Positions 25,601 to 55,110 of a stretch of 64,000 nucleotides of DNA are shown here, piece by piece. Every line of letters begins with the position of its first letter. The first letter of the stretch is position 1. The stretch is from Chrysomallon squamiferum (Eukaryota; Animalia; Mollusca), in contig CM022671.1 of assembly GCA_012295275.1 (NCBI GenBank), positions 32,426,001-32,490,000 of the forward strand, read 5' to 3'. Below the pieces are notes generated by a model. That model made no database searches. It was not told the DNA's origin and saw only the letters and a list, made by a program, of their open reading frames with translations. The position numbers were made by a program, and so were the translations under genes.

Positions 25601-28600
25601 CTGTCCAGGTAGGTCTCAACTAACAGAAAAGTAGAAATCTTCAGTAAAAGTAATTACATCACATAAAGTAAGGGTGTCCTATATAATCTGATTTGTTAAC
25701 CGAAAAGATATGTTTAATTTTAGTTTTTAATTTTCATATGTACAGAAAATGGCAAATGTTCTCAGTATAATATACAAGAGGAGCTTGGAAAACAAAAAAT
25801 TGGGGTATCATTTGAAGAGTTTGTGAAAATAAAAATTGACAAAAAAACCAAAAAAAAAAACCCCTAAGAAATAAGAAGAAAATAAATATTATTTTAAAAA
25901 GAAAAACAAAAAAAAAAGAAACTAGGTATATTGAAGTATAATGGTTAATACGAATTTACAATTCAACGAATTCAGAAAAAGGTGTTAAATATATGGTGTT
26001 TTAAGGTTCTGACAACCAAAGCATGTTCTGAAGAAGGACTTGAGGATGCCACCAATCTGCTGTTGCAGCTGTCTTGGGCTAACAATGCTACAAGGAACAC
26101 CATCTTAGATCTTTTACTTGCTGGAGCCAGAAAGATAGGCCTTACAGTTTGTGCACACATTAGGTAGGTAGTCATTGGTCACATGATTATGAAATATTTT
26201 GAAAGAAAAATGTTCATTGTTGGAAACTGAAATGTATATTGATATTAGAAATCCAAGAATTTACTTAAGTGTCTTGCCGATTTTTACTACTGAGGTTTTT
26301 TATTTTTATATTTAATTTAAATTTTATTTATTTATTTATTGTTACGGAATGCATTTTTTCACATTGCTGTTTAATTCCATTGCTTTAAAAATAATAATAA
26401 TCCTGTGTGATCACTAACAGTAATGTTATTTTTTCTTTATATATCAGTCCGTCCTTAATCTTTTTACTGCCATTTTATAATTCACTTTAACATTTGGAAT
26501 AACATTATGATTTTTCTGTCTTGCAGAAACCTGCTTGTTGAGCTTCAGGATCTGAAAATGAAGACAAAATACGACCAGGCAGATACTGATGATGTGGAGC
26601 AAGTCTCTGATGCTCATCGTGGCAAAGGTGTTTTGACTGACAGGTAAGTTCATCAGTGTTTGAAGTTGTTCGGCTATAGAAGTTCTAATTTAAGAACCAT
26701 TTTCTTAGATATTTCTTTTATGGATTGGTTTTCCAGATGTAACTATAAAAATCACTAATGTAGTTAATAATTAATACTTCTGCTTTTAGTGACTTATTTT
26801 TTGATGGTTGAACTATGACAGCTAAGTTGAAACAAAAATGGTCACGAATATATACATACTTTCATTTGTATTGGAAGAAAGATTTAAAAACTCTTTTAAA
26901 ATAAAATAAAAATTTGATCGTTCCTTTTCACTGATTAACATAATAGAGTAGCTATTCATCAGTATATTACAAATGGCTGCTAAACAATTAGATTTTCTTT
27001 TCCAGTTATCTGATATTGTACTTTATTTATCTTACTCAGGTTTAATCCTACATCCAGTGTTGTGGTCAGTGCTCCAGCAAAGTTCAAGAGTGGTCGTGAA
27101 TTACAGCTGCCTTCAATATCACAGCTCACATGTAAAACATCAAGCCAGCAGTTCTTCCTACGCATTCTCAAAGTAATAATACAGCTGAGGGAAGCAGCAC
27201 GAGTAGCAGCAAAGAAAGCTAAGAAAATGAGTGAGTTGATTCTGTGTTAAATAATGAGATTAAGAAATAATGATAGTTTATATTTGAATTAATGAAATGA
27301 TCTACAGTGATTTGTATGGCATCAATGAAGTAAATCCCCCAATTATTTTGATTCCTGTTTTGGAGGGTGGGGGGGTGTTGTGTTTTTTTTCCTCTTTCTT
27401 CATTTGATCATAGCTTAATGCCATTCGTTTTTCCATGGTAAAATTAGATTAAACATTTTATATAGTTCTGGTAAATGTCAAATCGTTTATAACACAAATT
27501 TAAAATGTCTGAAATATTTTTGTATTTGTCATTTATTTATTTATTTATTTACTTACTTAATTCCTTATTTTTTATTTTTTATTTTTTATTTTTTTTCCCT
27601 TACAGAACAAAAAGCAGAAGGAGAAGAAACACTGACAGACTTAGATGCTGATGTTTTCAGTATTGTTGGAATGAGAAACCCGTCACAAGCAGCATCTCAG
27701 TCTACTGGATCCACATCATCAGAACAGCCCTCAGCAGAGCAGGCAACCCCAGCAGCACCTGCTCAGACCCCACAAACACCACAGACTCCCATCTCCGACA
27801 GTTCTGCGCCAGAGACAGGAATGTCAGAATCTGCAGCCTCAGATCAAACTTCAGAAATGCCCATGGAAGTTGAAGAAAATGGTAAATGTCATTGTAATAA
27901 GGAATGCAAAAGTACTGTTTTTATACTGACATTATTTTGTCTTTGTCACTCTAGGTATTAATTATTATTAATTATGGTCTATGCTGTTAATGTCTTGTCT
28001 GTATACTTTTTACTTCGTAAGTTTATTCGTTTTTTTTTTTTTCTTGCCCAAATATTTCATTTACATTTTCCTAAATCAATATAAAATGATTACAGAAGTA
28101 TTCTATTTTAGAAAAATGTAATGAAAGATTACAAAGAAAACAAAGGAAAAAGCTATTAGTAAATGTGTCATGACAGATGACATTTTACAAATGTACTATA
28201 AATTAATAATTAAATTCACAGCGGCTAAAGATGATGCCAAGAACAAAGAATCCAAATCTGATTCTATACCTGCCCTGCCTCGTCTAAGTGATCAGTTGAA
28301 TTTGGATGAGTTGTGGACAACTCTGGGAGACTGTCTCACTGAACTATCAAAGACAAAAGATCATCATGCAGTTCTCATCCTGCAGCCAGTGGTTGAAGCT
28401 TTCTTCATAGTTCATGCAGGTAATGTTTGCCTTTTACAGTTACTGGCCTTCAAGAATTATTGATATCTGATACCATTTGTAGGAAAATAATTTTTAAAAT
28501 GTCTAAATGTAAATTGTGTGTGTGTGTGTGTGTGTTTTGTTTTTAAATGGAACTTAAAGAATATGTCACTTTAAAATAATTTCATTTTTCAAACTGAATG

Positions 28601-31600
28601 AATGATAAGCATTTCAGCCTTAGATGTCATACATACTAAGAAGGTATGCAATTCAAAGAAAAAAATTGAATACAATTTATGATTAAAAATATACTTGACT
28701 TCATTTCAGGAGAAAAAGAAAGTAAGGCATCTGAAAATCAGCACAAGAGAGAAGATCAGTTAGCTCACTTAAATGCTGAAATGGCGCCACCATCACCATC
28801 GCCTGGTCCTTCAGTGTCAGAGGGTGCTAGCCCATCCCAGTCGGACAATGCACAAGGACTGACAAGAGAAAATTCAGTTGCATCAGTGTCCTCATTAGCT
28901 CATTTGCCACCAGATACACAGAAGTTCCTCAAATTTGCTGGTAAGTACTGATGAATATTTTACTTTGTTTATATAGTAAAACAAATTCAAAAGAAAAAGA
29001 AAAAGCCATTGCTTCCAATCAAGAGTAATAGACATGGTTACTTTAAAATTATTTTTGAAACTTGATAGCACAAAATATTCATTCCTGATCATGCTAATGT
29101 TGCCATAAAAGTAAATGGTTAATCCTACATTCAGCATAATAAAATAGTTCTGTAAGAGAAATAAGTTTTTAATAGAATACTTGAACATAAATTTAATGAT
29201 TGATATTCTGTAATATAAATATTATACATTATATTTTGTTGAAAACAGAAACACACAGGACAGTTCTGAATCAAATTCTGAGGCAGTCTACCACTCACCT
29301 TGCTGATGGACCTTTCTCTGTTCTTGTTGATCACACAAGAATTTTGGATTTTGACGTGAAGAGAAGGTATTTCCGACAAGAACTGGATAGTTTGGACGAG
29401 GGTCTGAGAAGAGAAGACCTCCCTGTGCATGTGAAGAGAGAGAATGTCTTTGAGGATTCGTTCAGAGAATTGTTCCGAAGATCAGCAGAAGAATGGAAGC
29501 AGCGATTCTACATTGTTTTTGAAGGTATGTTGAAATTACTTTTTTCATAATCATTTATAATTAATAACAAGAGTTCTGTTTTTGTTTTTTGTTTTTAAGT
29601 TTGTGTTTTTTTTTTGTGTTTTTTTCTTCTTTATAATAATAACAGCTGGATTTTTCTTTAGTCAGTATGCTAAGATTTTAAAATATGGGTTATCAATGTA
29701 CAAAACAGGAACACAAAACTATTGGAAAAAGTGTGCTGATATGCGGTTGTTAACTGTGTTGTGTACATAGATGGACAGAATATTGGAGTCTGGAAACTGA
29801 GAACTCGCATTACTGACCTGAATTTTTGTTTTCCAGGTGAAGAAGGCCAGGATGCTGGAGGGTTGTTGAGAGAATGGTACCTGATCATATCTCGAGAGAT
29901 CTTCAATCCTAACTATGCACTGTTCAAAACCTCACCAGGAGACCGTGTCACCTACACTATCAATCCAGCTTCCCACTGCAACTCAAACCATCTGAGTTAC
30001 TACAAGTTTGTCGGCCGCATCATTGCCAAGGCTGTATATGACAATAAGCTGTTGGAATGCTACTTTACCAGATCTTTCTACAAACACATGCTTGGACTGC
30101 CTGTCAAGTATGCATAGTTTTATCAGTTTTTAATTAATAGATATTATATCAGGGGTTTTGGGGGGGGGGGTTGTTGTTCTTAGACACTTTTATTTCATTC
30201 AAATATAATACTTTAAGTTAAGCAATATTTGGTTTTGTTTCATTGTTTCATTTCATAACCTTAAATTAAATTTGTTAACTTTTAAAAAGTAGTATGATTA
30301 CCAGAATAGGCTCACATTATGATATTTCAAATTTTAAACAGATTTTGGATTTTCTATATTTTCTATAATCAATGTAACATTCAGTATTAGAGGTATATTT
30401 TCTGTTGGCATGTTTTAATTTGTGACATTTCATTGTTTGGTTTCTGTTTCAGATACACTGACATGGAAAGTGAAGATTATGCATTTTACCAGGGTCTTGT
30501 CTTCCTCATTGAAAACAATGTGAAAGATCTTGGCTATGAACTCATGTTTAGTACTGAGGTAAGTGTCCAGTATTCAGTTAGCCATAACATAACACAAATA
30601 CTGATAATTGTAATTGTAAAAATTAAATTTTGTTTATTGTTGATCATCTGTGTCACTTTTGAAATTGTAATCATTGATTTTTTAAATTTATATTTTATTT
30701 TTTAAACCTCCTTAAAAAAATAGTTTATATCTTCTAGTAAAAAACTGGCATATTGTTTCTAAAAATGAAACAAATAATAATAATTACTTTGAAGTGAAGA
30801 TTTGGTCAAATAATTTACTAATATTTTTACTGGCATAATAACTATCAGATAAGCATATGATTGATAAAAATATTTCTAAACTGTTTTTGTTTCTATTCCC
30901 ATTATTTTCTTTTTCCAGATTCAAGAATTTGGAGTCACAGAAAGTCGTGATTTGATGCCAAATGGAAGAAATATTCCAGTAACTTCAGAAAACAAGAGAG
31001 AGTATGTAAAACTTGTGTGTCAGATGAAAATGACCGGAGCCATACGCAAACAGCTGAATGCATTTTTAGAAGGTTTTTATGACATAATTCCAAAGAAATT
31101 GGTTTCCATATTTAATGAACAAGAACTGGAACTCTTGATTTCTGGACTACCCATTGTTGACATTGATGATTTGAAGGCCAACTGTGAATATCACAAGTAC
31201 CAACCAAATTCATTACAGGTATAAACCTATTTTTATAACTAATTTTTTTTTTTTTTTTTTTTTTTTACTTATTTCTGTGGTTGGAAGTAGGTTTTTATCT
31301 TTTGTTTATATATGTATACATAGTGTGAAATTGCTAAGCATTTCAGTAGTGCACAGCTTATTAAAAAAAAAAAAAAAACTTGGTTATATTTCCTTTCACA
31401 TCTTTGTAGGTATATTTCAGTGAACTATATTTTACTTAAATACTTTGTATAATATTTGTTAATCTTTTTTAGATTCAGTGGTTTTGGCGTGCTCTAAGGT
31501 CATTTGACCAAGCAGAAAGAGCCAACTTCTTACAGTTTGTGACAGGAACATCCAAAGTGCCACTGCAGGGCTTCTCACACTTGGAGGGTATGAATGGCAT

Positions 31601-32252
31601 CCAGAAGTTCCAGATTCACCGAGATGACCGATCAACTGACCGGCTGCCTACAGCACATACTTGGTTAGATCATTATTCTTTAATACCCTAAAATATTTTA
31701 CCTTTCAGTAGCATCATTATAAATTTCATAAATCTCTATTTGTAATTCAGTGGAAATAAAGGAATCTTAGATGAAGCTGGAATTTATTAGACATGGTTCT
31801 TAATAACATAGAAATATGTTAATAAAGCATCAGCTTTCAGTAAAATAACTGCTGTCATTATTTTTAAATTTATTAATTATCTTCTATAATAAAGTGCACC
31901 ACCCCTCCCCAGACCTGGATTCGGTTTGTTCAAATCACTTTCACATATTGTTTCTCAGGTATTCTTGTTCTTTATTGGTCTTTAGCAATGGAAACTGTAA
32001 TTGATCATTTTCTACATTATGTTGCTTGGAGTATATCTGAGATGCAAGCTGGATGTTTAGAGAAAGCAATTTTATTTTCAAATGCTACATATGTTATTAA
32101 CAAAATAGCATTTAAACAACTGATTTCTATTTCCTGTTTTTGTTTTTAGCTTCAACCAGCTGGACCTGCCAGCCTATGAGACCTATGACAAACTGAGACA
32201 CATGCTTCTCCTTGCAATCAGTGAGTGCTCAGAAGGATTTGGGCTTGCTTGA
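1..32252 (+). CDS. HUWE1: HECT E3 ubiquitin ligase HUWE1, 5'-truncated by the window edge, about 53 coding exons
   Basis: Spliced translation matches HUWE1 hallmarks: [63 protein letters not shown] domain, UBMs, HECT ending [16 protein letters not shown]...SEGFGLA*. GT-AG exons with consistent phase: 1-180, 1952-2071, 2747-2820, 3884-4041, 4456-4578, 4926-5099, 5594-5704, 5963-6058, 6335-6449, 6844-6968, 7384-7521, 7876-7994, 8265-8352, 8526-8641, 8890-8941, 9217-9340, 9945-10038, 10371-10611, 11004-11196, 11476-11634, 12045-12193, 12532-12744, 12911-13475, 13815-13957, 14375-14468, 14877-15026, 15235-15365, 15532-15700, 16284-16379, 16828-17032, 17354-17510, 18025-18151, 18761-18912, 19234-19333, 19493-19802, 20155-20435, 20909-21109, 21439-21626, 21967-22261 (or 22279), 24020-25141, 25517-25608, 26006-26163, 26527-26643, 27040-27230, 27606-27881, 28222-28419, 28710-28940, 29249-29524, 29837-30107, 30453-30558, 30919-31218, 31473-31663, 32150-32252 (TGA). 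Confidence 0.98.
276..349 (+). ncRNA. SNORD27: Box C/D snoRNA, U27/SNORD27-like copy A1 (guide for 18S Am27/28)
   Basis: C box ATGATGA 282-288; guide GACAAGCATATG; D' CTGA 311-314; D CTGA 341-344; terminal stem CATTC/GAGTG. Guide is complementary to conserved 18S 5'-CAUAUGCUUGUC, and the D'+5 base pairs with A27 (human numbering). Confidence 0.88.
740..811 (+). ncRNA. Box C/D snoRNA, variant-guide copy B1 (degenerate D box, possibly decaying)
   Basis: C GTGATGA 747-753; guide GTCAAGCACGTG; D' CTGA 777-780; C' shortened; D box CTAA 801-804; stem GTACA/TGTAC. Confidence 0.6.
1139..1213 (+). ncRNA. Box C/D snoRNA, variant-guide copy B2
   Basis: C GTGATGA 1145-1151; guide GTCAAGCACATG; D' CTGA 1175-1178; C'-like TGACTGA; D CTGA 1203-1206; stem GTACA/TGTAC. 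Confidence 0.72.
1517..1592 (+). ncRNA. Box C/D snoRNA, variant-guide copy B3
   Basis: C GTGATGA 1524-1530; guide GTCAAGCACGTG; D' CTGA 1554-1557; C'-like TGACTGA; D CTGA 1582-1585; stem GTACA/TGTAC. Confidence 0.75.
2302..2378 (+). ncRNA. Box C/D snoRNA, variant-guide copy B4 with four consensus boxes
   Basis: C ATGATGA 2311-2317; guide GTCAAGCACGTG 2325-2336; D' CTGA 2338-2341; C' TGATGA 2351-2356; D CTGA 2367-2370; stem GGTAC/GTACC. Confidence 0.85.
2898..2971 (+). ncRNA. SNORD27: Box C/D snoRNA, U27/SNORD27-like copy A2
   Basis: C ATGATGA 2904-2910; 13-nt guide AGACAAGCATATG; D' CTGA 2933-2936; D CTGA 2963-2966; perfect stem CACTC/GAGTG. Confidence 0.92.
3076..3133 (+). repeat. Poly-T tract
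   Basis: About 57 T interrupted by a single C. Confidence 0.95.
3318..3385 (+). ncRNA. SNORD27: Box C/D snoRNA, U27/SNORD27-like copy A3
   Basis: C GTGATGA 3323-3329; guide GACAAGCATATA (one change next to D'); D' CTTA 3350-3353; D CTGA 3378-3381; stem GCTC/GAGT. Confidence 0.78.
3691..3764 (+). ncRNA. SNORD27: Box C/D snoRNA, U27/SNORD27-like copy A4
   Basis: C ATGATGA 3698-3704; guide GACAAGCATATG; D' CTTA 3725-3728; D CTGA 3755-3758; stem ATGCTC/GAGTAT. Confidence 0.86.
5407..5474 (+). ncRNA. SNORD27: Box C/D snoRNA, U27/SNORD27-like copy A5
   Basis: C GTGATGA 5412-5418; guide AGACAAGCATATG; D' CTTA 5439-5442; D CCGA 5467-5470; stem ACTC/GAGT. Confidence 0.8.
5594..6058 (+). other. HUWE1: HUWE1 UBA domain and UIM-like motif exons
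   Basis: [34 protein letters not shown], then [17 protein letters not shown]. Confidence 0.9.
8526..9260 (+). other. HUWE1: HUWE1 WWE domain exons
   Basis: [64 protein letters not shown] across exons 8526-8641, 8890-8941 and 9217 onward. Confidence 0.9.
21439..22200 (+). other. HUWE1: HUWE1 tandem ubiquitin-binding (UBM/DUF4414-type) motifs
   Basis: [70 protein letters not shown]. Confidence 0.88.
23647..23717 (+). ncRNA. SNORD27: Box C/D snoRNA, U27/SNORD27-like copy A6 (distal)
   Basis: C TGATGA 23652-23657; guide GACAAGCATATG 23667-23678; D' CTTA 23680-23683; D CTGA 23710-23713; weak terminal stem; body closely similar to copy A4. Confidence 0.75.
29420..32252 (+). other. HUWE1: HUWE1 HECT catalytic domain; catalytic Cys codon split by the last intron (TG|C, 31662-31663/32150)
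   Basis: [45 protein letters not shown]. Confidence 0.97.
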
Positions 32253-32542
32253 GCATTCAGAAAAATCTTCAAACATCCAGTCAGTTAATACCACCTAGAG
32301 AGATTATTTCGGTGGATTAATATTAAAATAAGGATTTAGAATTTGAATGAGCTTGCCATTATAAATGAACCCGAAGAGAACGCTGAATGTTATTATTTTG
32401 TATTTATTTATTTTTTTAAAAATTAAAAAAAAAAAAAGGACCAAATTTGTATTTTGACATTATGACATGTTGGCTCTGTTTTAAATGTGACAGCATAACC
32501 TAAAAGACCAGGATGAATCAAATGCCAGAGCCAGCTTGCAGT

Positions 32543-32573
<31 letters not shown>

Positions 32574-33877
32574 GTGTTTGTGAAACATTTGACTGACATG
32601 AACAGTTAAAAGTTAAATGTTCTTGTTATTGATGGCTTAAGATCCTATTAGTTACTTTTTTGCAAATGCTTAACATAAAAGGCTTAAGCCAAATTAAACC
32701 AAGTGCTAGAAAGACTTTGTGTTTTCTTGTTTAATACACATCAATGTAAAAATGTTAAACATGAGTGGAATTTCTGCAACAGTATACATAAGGAAACCAC
32801 TACAGAAGAGAGTATGAACTGGACAAAGGCTTTGGAATGTTTTACTGTATTGAACAAATTAAGAATAAAATATTCTTCCTTAAGATATGTATAAATGTAA
32901 CTGATATGTATATATACAGACAAAAATCACACAATGCTTGTATAGAGAATGTTAAAAATTGTTTGTCTGCACAGGGACTGAGTGGGGATTTGGTTAAAAT
33001 TGTTTGCTGCATTAGAACAGAGAAGAATCTTTGTACATTAAAATTACAGTGTAAAGATGTGAATTGCACCAGAATAAACACACCAGTGAGCTTTTATCCT
33101 ATTTAAGTCTTGAAGTGTTGGTAGAGGAAATGTTAAAAAAAATAATATTTTTTCCAAATATATACTTTGTAAATGTTTACAGATTTGACTATATGTGTGT
33201 GGAGCTGTATGCCTATTGATAAATTTACGTTAGTCCTGTGTTGATTTTTTTACTTAAGTCTAATGTTGACATAATTTGGCATGTGCTGATATTATGGAAT
33301 CTTAACACACACTTATTTATATTCAAACATGGGTTTGTGCATATTTTGTTCTCTCTCTCCCTCTCTCTCTCTCCCCCCCCACCAATTTCCTCTGTTTTAT
33401 TGTAATTGGTGTCTCAAACCAAAGACAAGATTGTTTTTAATTTTGCTTCCCCTTTTAAATTGCATCAACATCGTATTAATATTCATGCCAGATAAAAAAA
33501 AAAAAATTCTCTCCTATTTTGAATGAAAGGAACTGAAAAAAAAATCGAGTGAAAGGGTTAGGGATAGGAAACTTCTATAGAGAATGTGACATTTTGAGAT
33601 TAAATTGATGTTTGGGTTTTTTTTCTTGTACAGTTTGGAAATATTGATGCAAATACAGTAAAATGTCAGTTTTGTGAATTGTATTATACTTGAAAACTTG
33701 AAATGTTACTGTAAATGTTGCTAAATCCTGAAATTGTTCAGATGTGATGTCATTAGTTGTATTTGTGTTAAACGTCAATATAATCACAAAAAGATGAAAA
33801 AAAAAATGTTAAAGAATCATAAATAGTATCTTTGTTTACTGCAATTTTCAGATGTCAAATTGAAATTTCAAGTATAA

Positions 33878-33950
33878 ATTAAAAATGTTCTTCAGTAATA
33901 ATGTTTCCTGTGTTGTCTTTGCATTGTTTTGTGTTTTTTCTTCTTTTCTT
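33878..33950 (+). terminator. Candidate HUWE1 polyadenylation signal and downstream GU/U-rich element
   Basis: ATTAAA at 33878-33883 followed about 20 nt later by TGTTTCCTGTGTTGTCTTTG...; would give a 3' UTR of about 1.6 kb. Other AATAAA sites lie upstream. Confidence 0.4.
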
Positions 33951-34960
33951 TTTAAATTTTTATTTCCTTTTTTTTTAATTGCTTTTATTTTATTGATGCC
34001 CTTTCTTGATTGAAAAAATATTTTAAATAATCACTGTGCATTATACTAAGGTAATAGAAATTAGCCTATTCAGTGAAAATGGACATGTAGAAGTTGTCTT
34101 AGGATAGCAGACAGAAAAATAATTTGCGAACTGGATGGTGAATGCATTGCATTGATATTACATCATTTTAGCGTGGGACAATATAAATTACTGCATAAGC
34201 TATGTCAGGAACTCTGAAGTTTGTTTTGGACAGTAATAAACAGTTTTATGCAAAACTGAAAGAACAAAAATGGATTTGTGTAACCTTTCTCTTGAAAAAA
34301 GAGAAGCCACAAATATTTTGAGAAACTAAAGCTGTCATTGAATATTTTAAGAGAAAACCCACATTTTTGTTTATATGAACGTAGAGAGCAGTAAACTTGT
34401 GAACAAGCTGAGATAGTTTTGACTCAAAATGAAACTGAAAATAGATATTTGATTGCATACATATGAAAGGAATATGCTCAGTAATTTAATAACTCATCCT
34501 TTCTCAGGTTATAAAAAAAAAAAAAAAAATCAATTGAAATAAATTGAAAATTCGGTGTATTACTATTAAAACAAAAGCAGACAATATAAATATCAACACG
34601 CATAACAGTATATGAGACATTTAAAACATGAATGTTTATCTTAAGAGTCAGCATTGAAATTATTTTAATTTAAATTTTCTTTTTAAGTTTTAATCATCCA
34701 TTTTCAACTTTAAAAAAAAATCATTTTTCTTAGTGAAAAAAAATAAAAGCAAATTAAAAAAAAAAAAAAAAGAATGTTCTAAGAATAATAGAACAAAAAT
34801 AGCTAACCTCTTCATGTTACTTTTTAAATACATTTATTACTGTCAGTTTTAAATGAGTAATATAAAACAAGACATAAATAAGACTATAACATATTCATTA
34901 AGTAACAAAATTTATTTATAGATGTATTTATTTAATTATTTTTATTATTTAGGAGCTAAA

Positions 34961-34962
<2 letters not shown>

Positions 34963-35040
<78 letters not shown>
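34963..35040. repeat. (TAA)n microsatellite
   Basis: Direct reading. Confidence 0.95.
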
Positions 35041-35041
<1 letters not shown>

Positions 35042-35199
35042 TAATTAATTAATTTAATTAACAATCATAAAAAATGTTCTAAAATTTGGTAATACAAGCA
35101 ATAAAAACAAATAACGAAAAATGATACATGGAAAATGAAATAAATGGTGATAGGCAACATACGACTGAATAAAACTGCCTACTCAACATTGCAAGTAAA

Positions 35200-35669
35200 C
35201 TAATGTTTTGCAGTTGCTATGGTTCATTCTACCGATAATGAAAACTACTTTTGGAACACTGAACCTCGGGATTTCTCTTTATTTAAATCATTAGTAGCAA
35301 TTACCATCAAATAATATATCTGTTTATCTGTTTATCTACTGACACACAAACACACACGCGCGCGTGCGCGCAGATATATATATTCAAATTTGTATTCTCA
35401 GCTTTCTAAAATTTGTCCTGTCATCAAAAATAGCCTACTCATTATAATTTTTATAAAGTAATACGCCCGAAGTACACCATAGTTGTCACCCGAAGTTAGA
35501 CGGTTTCCATTCGTAAAATTATTTTGCTGAGCAACAGGCAGGCGCAACAGTTAAGCGACATCAGTGGATCATTTCTGAAAATGGAGAAGTTTGTTTGGAT
35601 TTTGGGTGATGGTGTCACTGTTTTGTAATCTGTTATAAAAAATATAAAAAAATTAACATTGAAAATATA
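35200..35669 (+). promoter_or_regulatory. Probable TRIM37 promoter / 5' UTR
   Basis: Local CpG enrichment in an otherwise CpG-poor window directly upstream of ATG 35670; CGCGCGTGCGCGC near 35359-35371 (NRF1-like); two CCCGAAGT copies at 35466 and 35489. Confidence 0.55.
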
Positions 35670-53424
<17,755 letters not shown>

Positions 53425-54954
53425 AAATCTTTTCAGCATCACAATCATTTCAGCAAAAACACTGTTTTAGTTGTGCACTAGAAAAAAAGTATTTATACGT
53501 GTAAAAGATATATTTTGAACCACATGATGTATGTAGCATTATTCAGTGTCTTGTCACTTCATCTTGGCTAGAGGTAGTATCTGTCACACACTCTGTCTGT
53601 CGTCTTTTATTAAAAATTAGTGTTAGTATTTATTATTAATTTTATTAGAAATGGATGGATGAATCTGCTGACTGTTTCTGTAAAACTTTTCTTTTTTTCT
53701 TTTATTTCGATTATTTTTTGTTTTTATTCATAGAATTTTCATGTGGATCTTTTAGAAACAAGTTTTCTTAAGAAAAATAATTAGTAAATGAACAGACATT
53801 TTAGAGGGAAAAAATTAGTGGAAAATCTTAATATAATAACTTTTTATTACTATTATTTTTATATATATATTTATTTACACACAGACACACACATATTTAA
53901 TGGTTAATAAATAATTAAGAACTGTGACAGATAAATAGTTTAACAGGAAAAGTTAATATTTTCAAAATATGTAAAACCATTAAAGCTGTGTATTTTGTTG
54001 TCTATATTATATATATATAAATCAACATAGGATGGCTTTGTTAATTTTAAAAGTAATTACGTTTTGGCTTCCATAAAATATTATTAAACTTAATTTGGCT
54101 TTTAGTGAATACCTTTTAAAAAGTAAAAGGTACTATCATATAACTTACCTTCTTTATTTTCTTTAATTTTTTTTATACACTTATTACTATTAATTTTATT
54201 ATTATTTATTTATTTTATATTTTTTTTATTTATTCCATAAAAAGATTCAGTTTCTTAAATATTGTTTTGATTAAGTGGTATAAATGTTAACATTTTACGG
54301 TTATCTAAACAGTTGAATACATACTGTTTAAAATATTAATTAGTGTGCTATCTGGGAATATTAATATTAAAAGTATTGTAGAGAGACAGAACAAAAGCTT
54401 AGATTTGTTTTTTTACTTTTATATTGTGGAATGTAGCTTTTAAGATATATTTAAGATGTGTTTAAAAAACTATATAAAAAAATATTCATCTTACTAGGAT
54501 AACAGATGTAGTTTATCTTGAATTTCATATATATTCTTGTATTTTTTAAATAAGATATATGGCATCCATTAAAAAAAATGTATTTTAAATTACATATATG
54601 ATTAACATATGAAGATTTATTAAGAAAGTGGTTATTTTAAGGGAAATTAATTTTTTGGTTTTCTTTCAAAATTGATTTAATAATTTGTGCTGAGAATTTA
54701 CTGTGATAACAAAGTTGGATTATTAAATATTGTTGTAAATATATAAAAACAGGTTGTTTGTAAGACATTGTGTGTAAAAATTAAATATCTGTGATTTTTA
54801 AAACAAATTTGTTTTGAGAATTAATAACAAACTGGACTGCTTCAGCTAGTATTTAAATTTGTATTCAGAATCTCTTTAGCAAAATTTAGAAAACTTAAAG
54901 TGAACGTATTAGCAAGAGAATTGACAAATAAACTAAACAAGGAATCATTCTTCA

Positions 54955-55110
54955 TTTAACATGAACATATCAGCAAACATAAAGTGAAAATTAGCAAGCA
55001 TTCACACATAATTTGAACATTAGCAAGCATTCATGTATGTCATGTGAAAATATTAATGTTCACATGTGTAAAATGAACACTAGCAAACATTTGCACATAT
55101 AAAATGAATA
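54955..55110. repeat. Degenerate minisatellite of about 30 bp (TGAACATTAGCAAGCATTCAC core)
   Basis: About five recurrences of TGAA.A.TAGCAA.CAT. Confidence 0.7.

Noticed and set aside
1-32252. let-7/miR-98 hairpins as in vertebrate HUWE1 introns
   Set aside because: No TGAGGTAG let-7 mature sequence noticed by eye in these introns; a formal search was not possible
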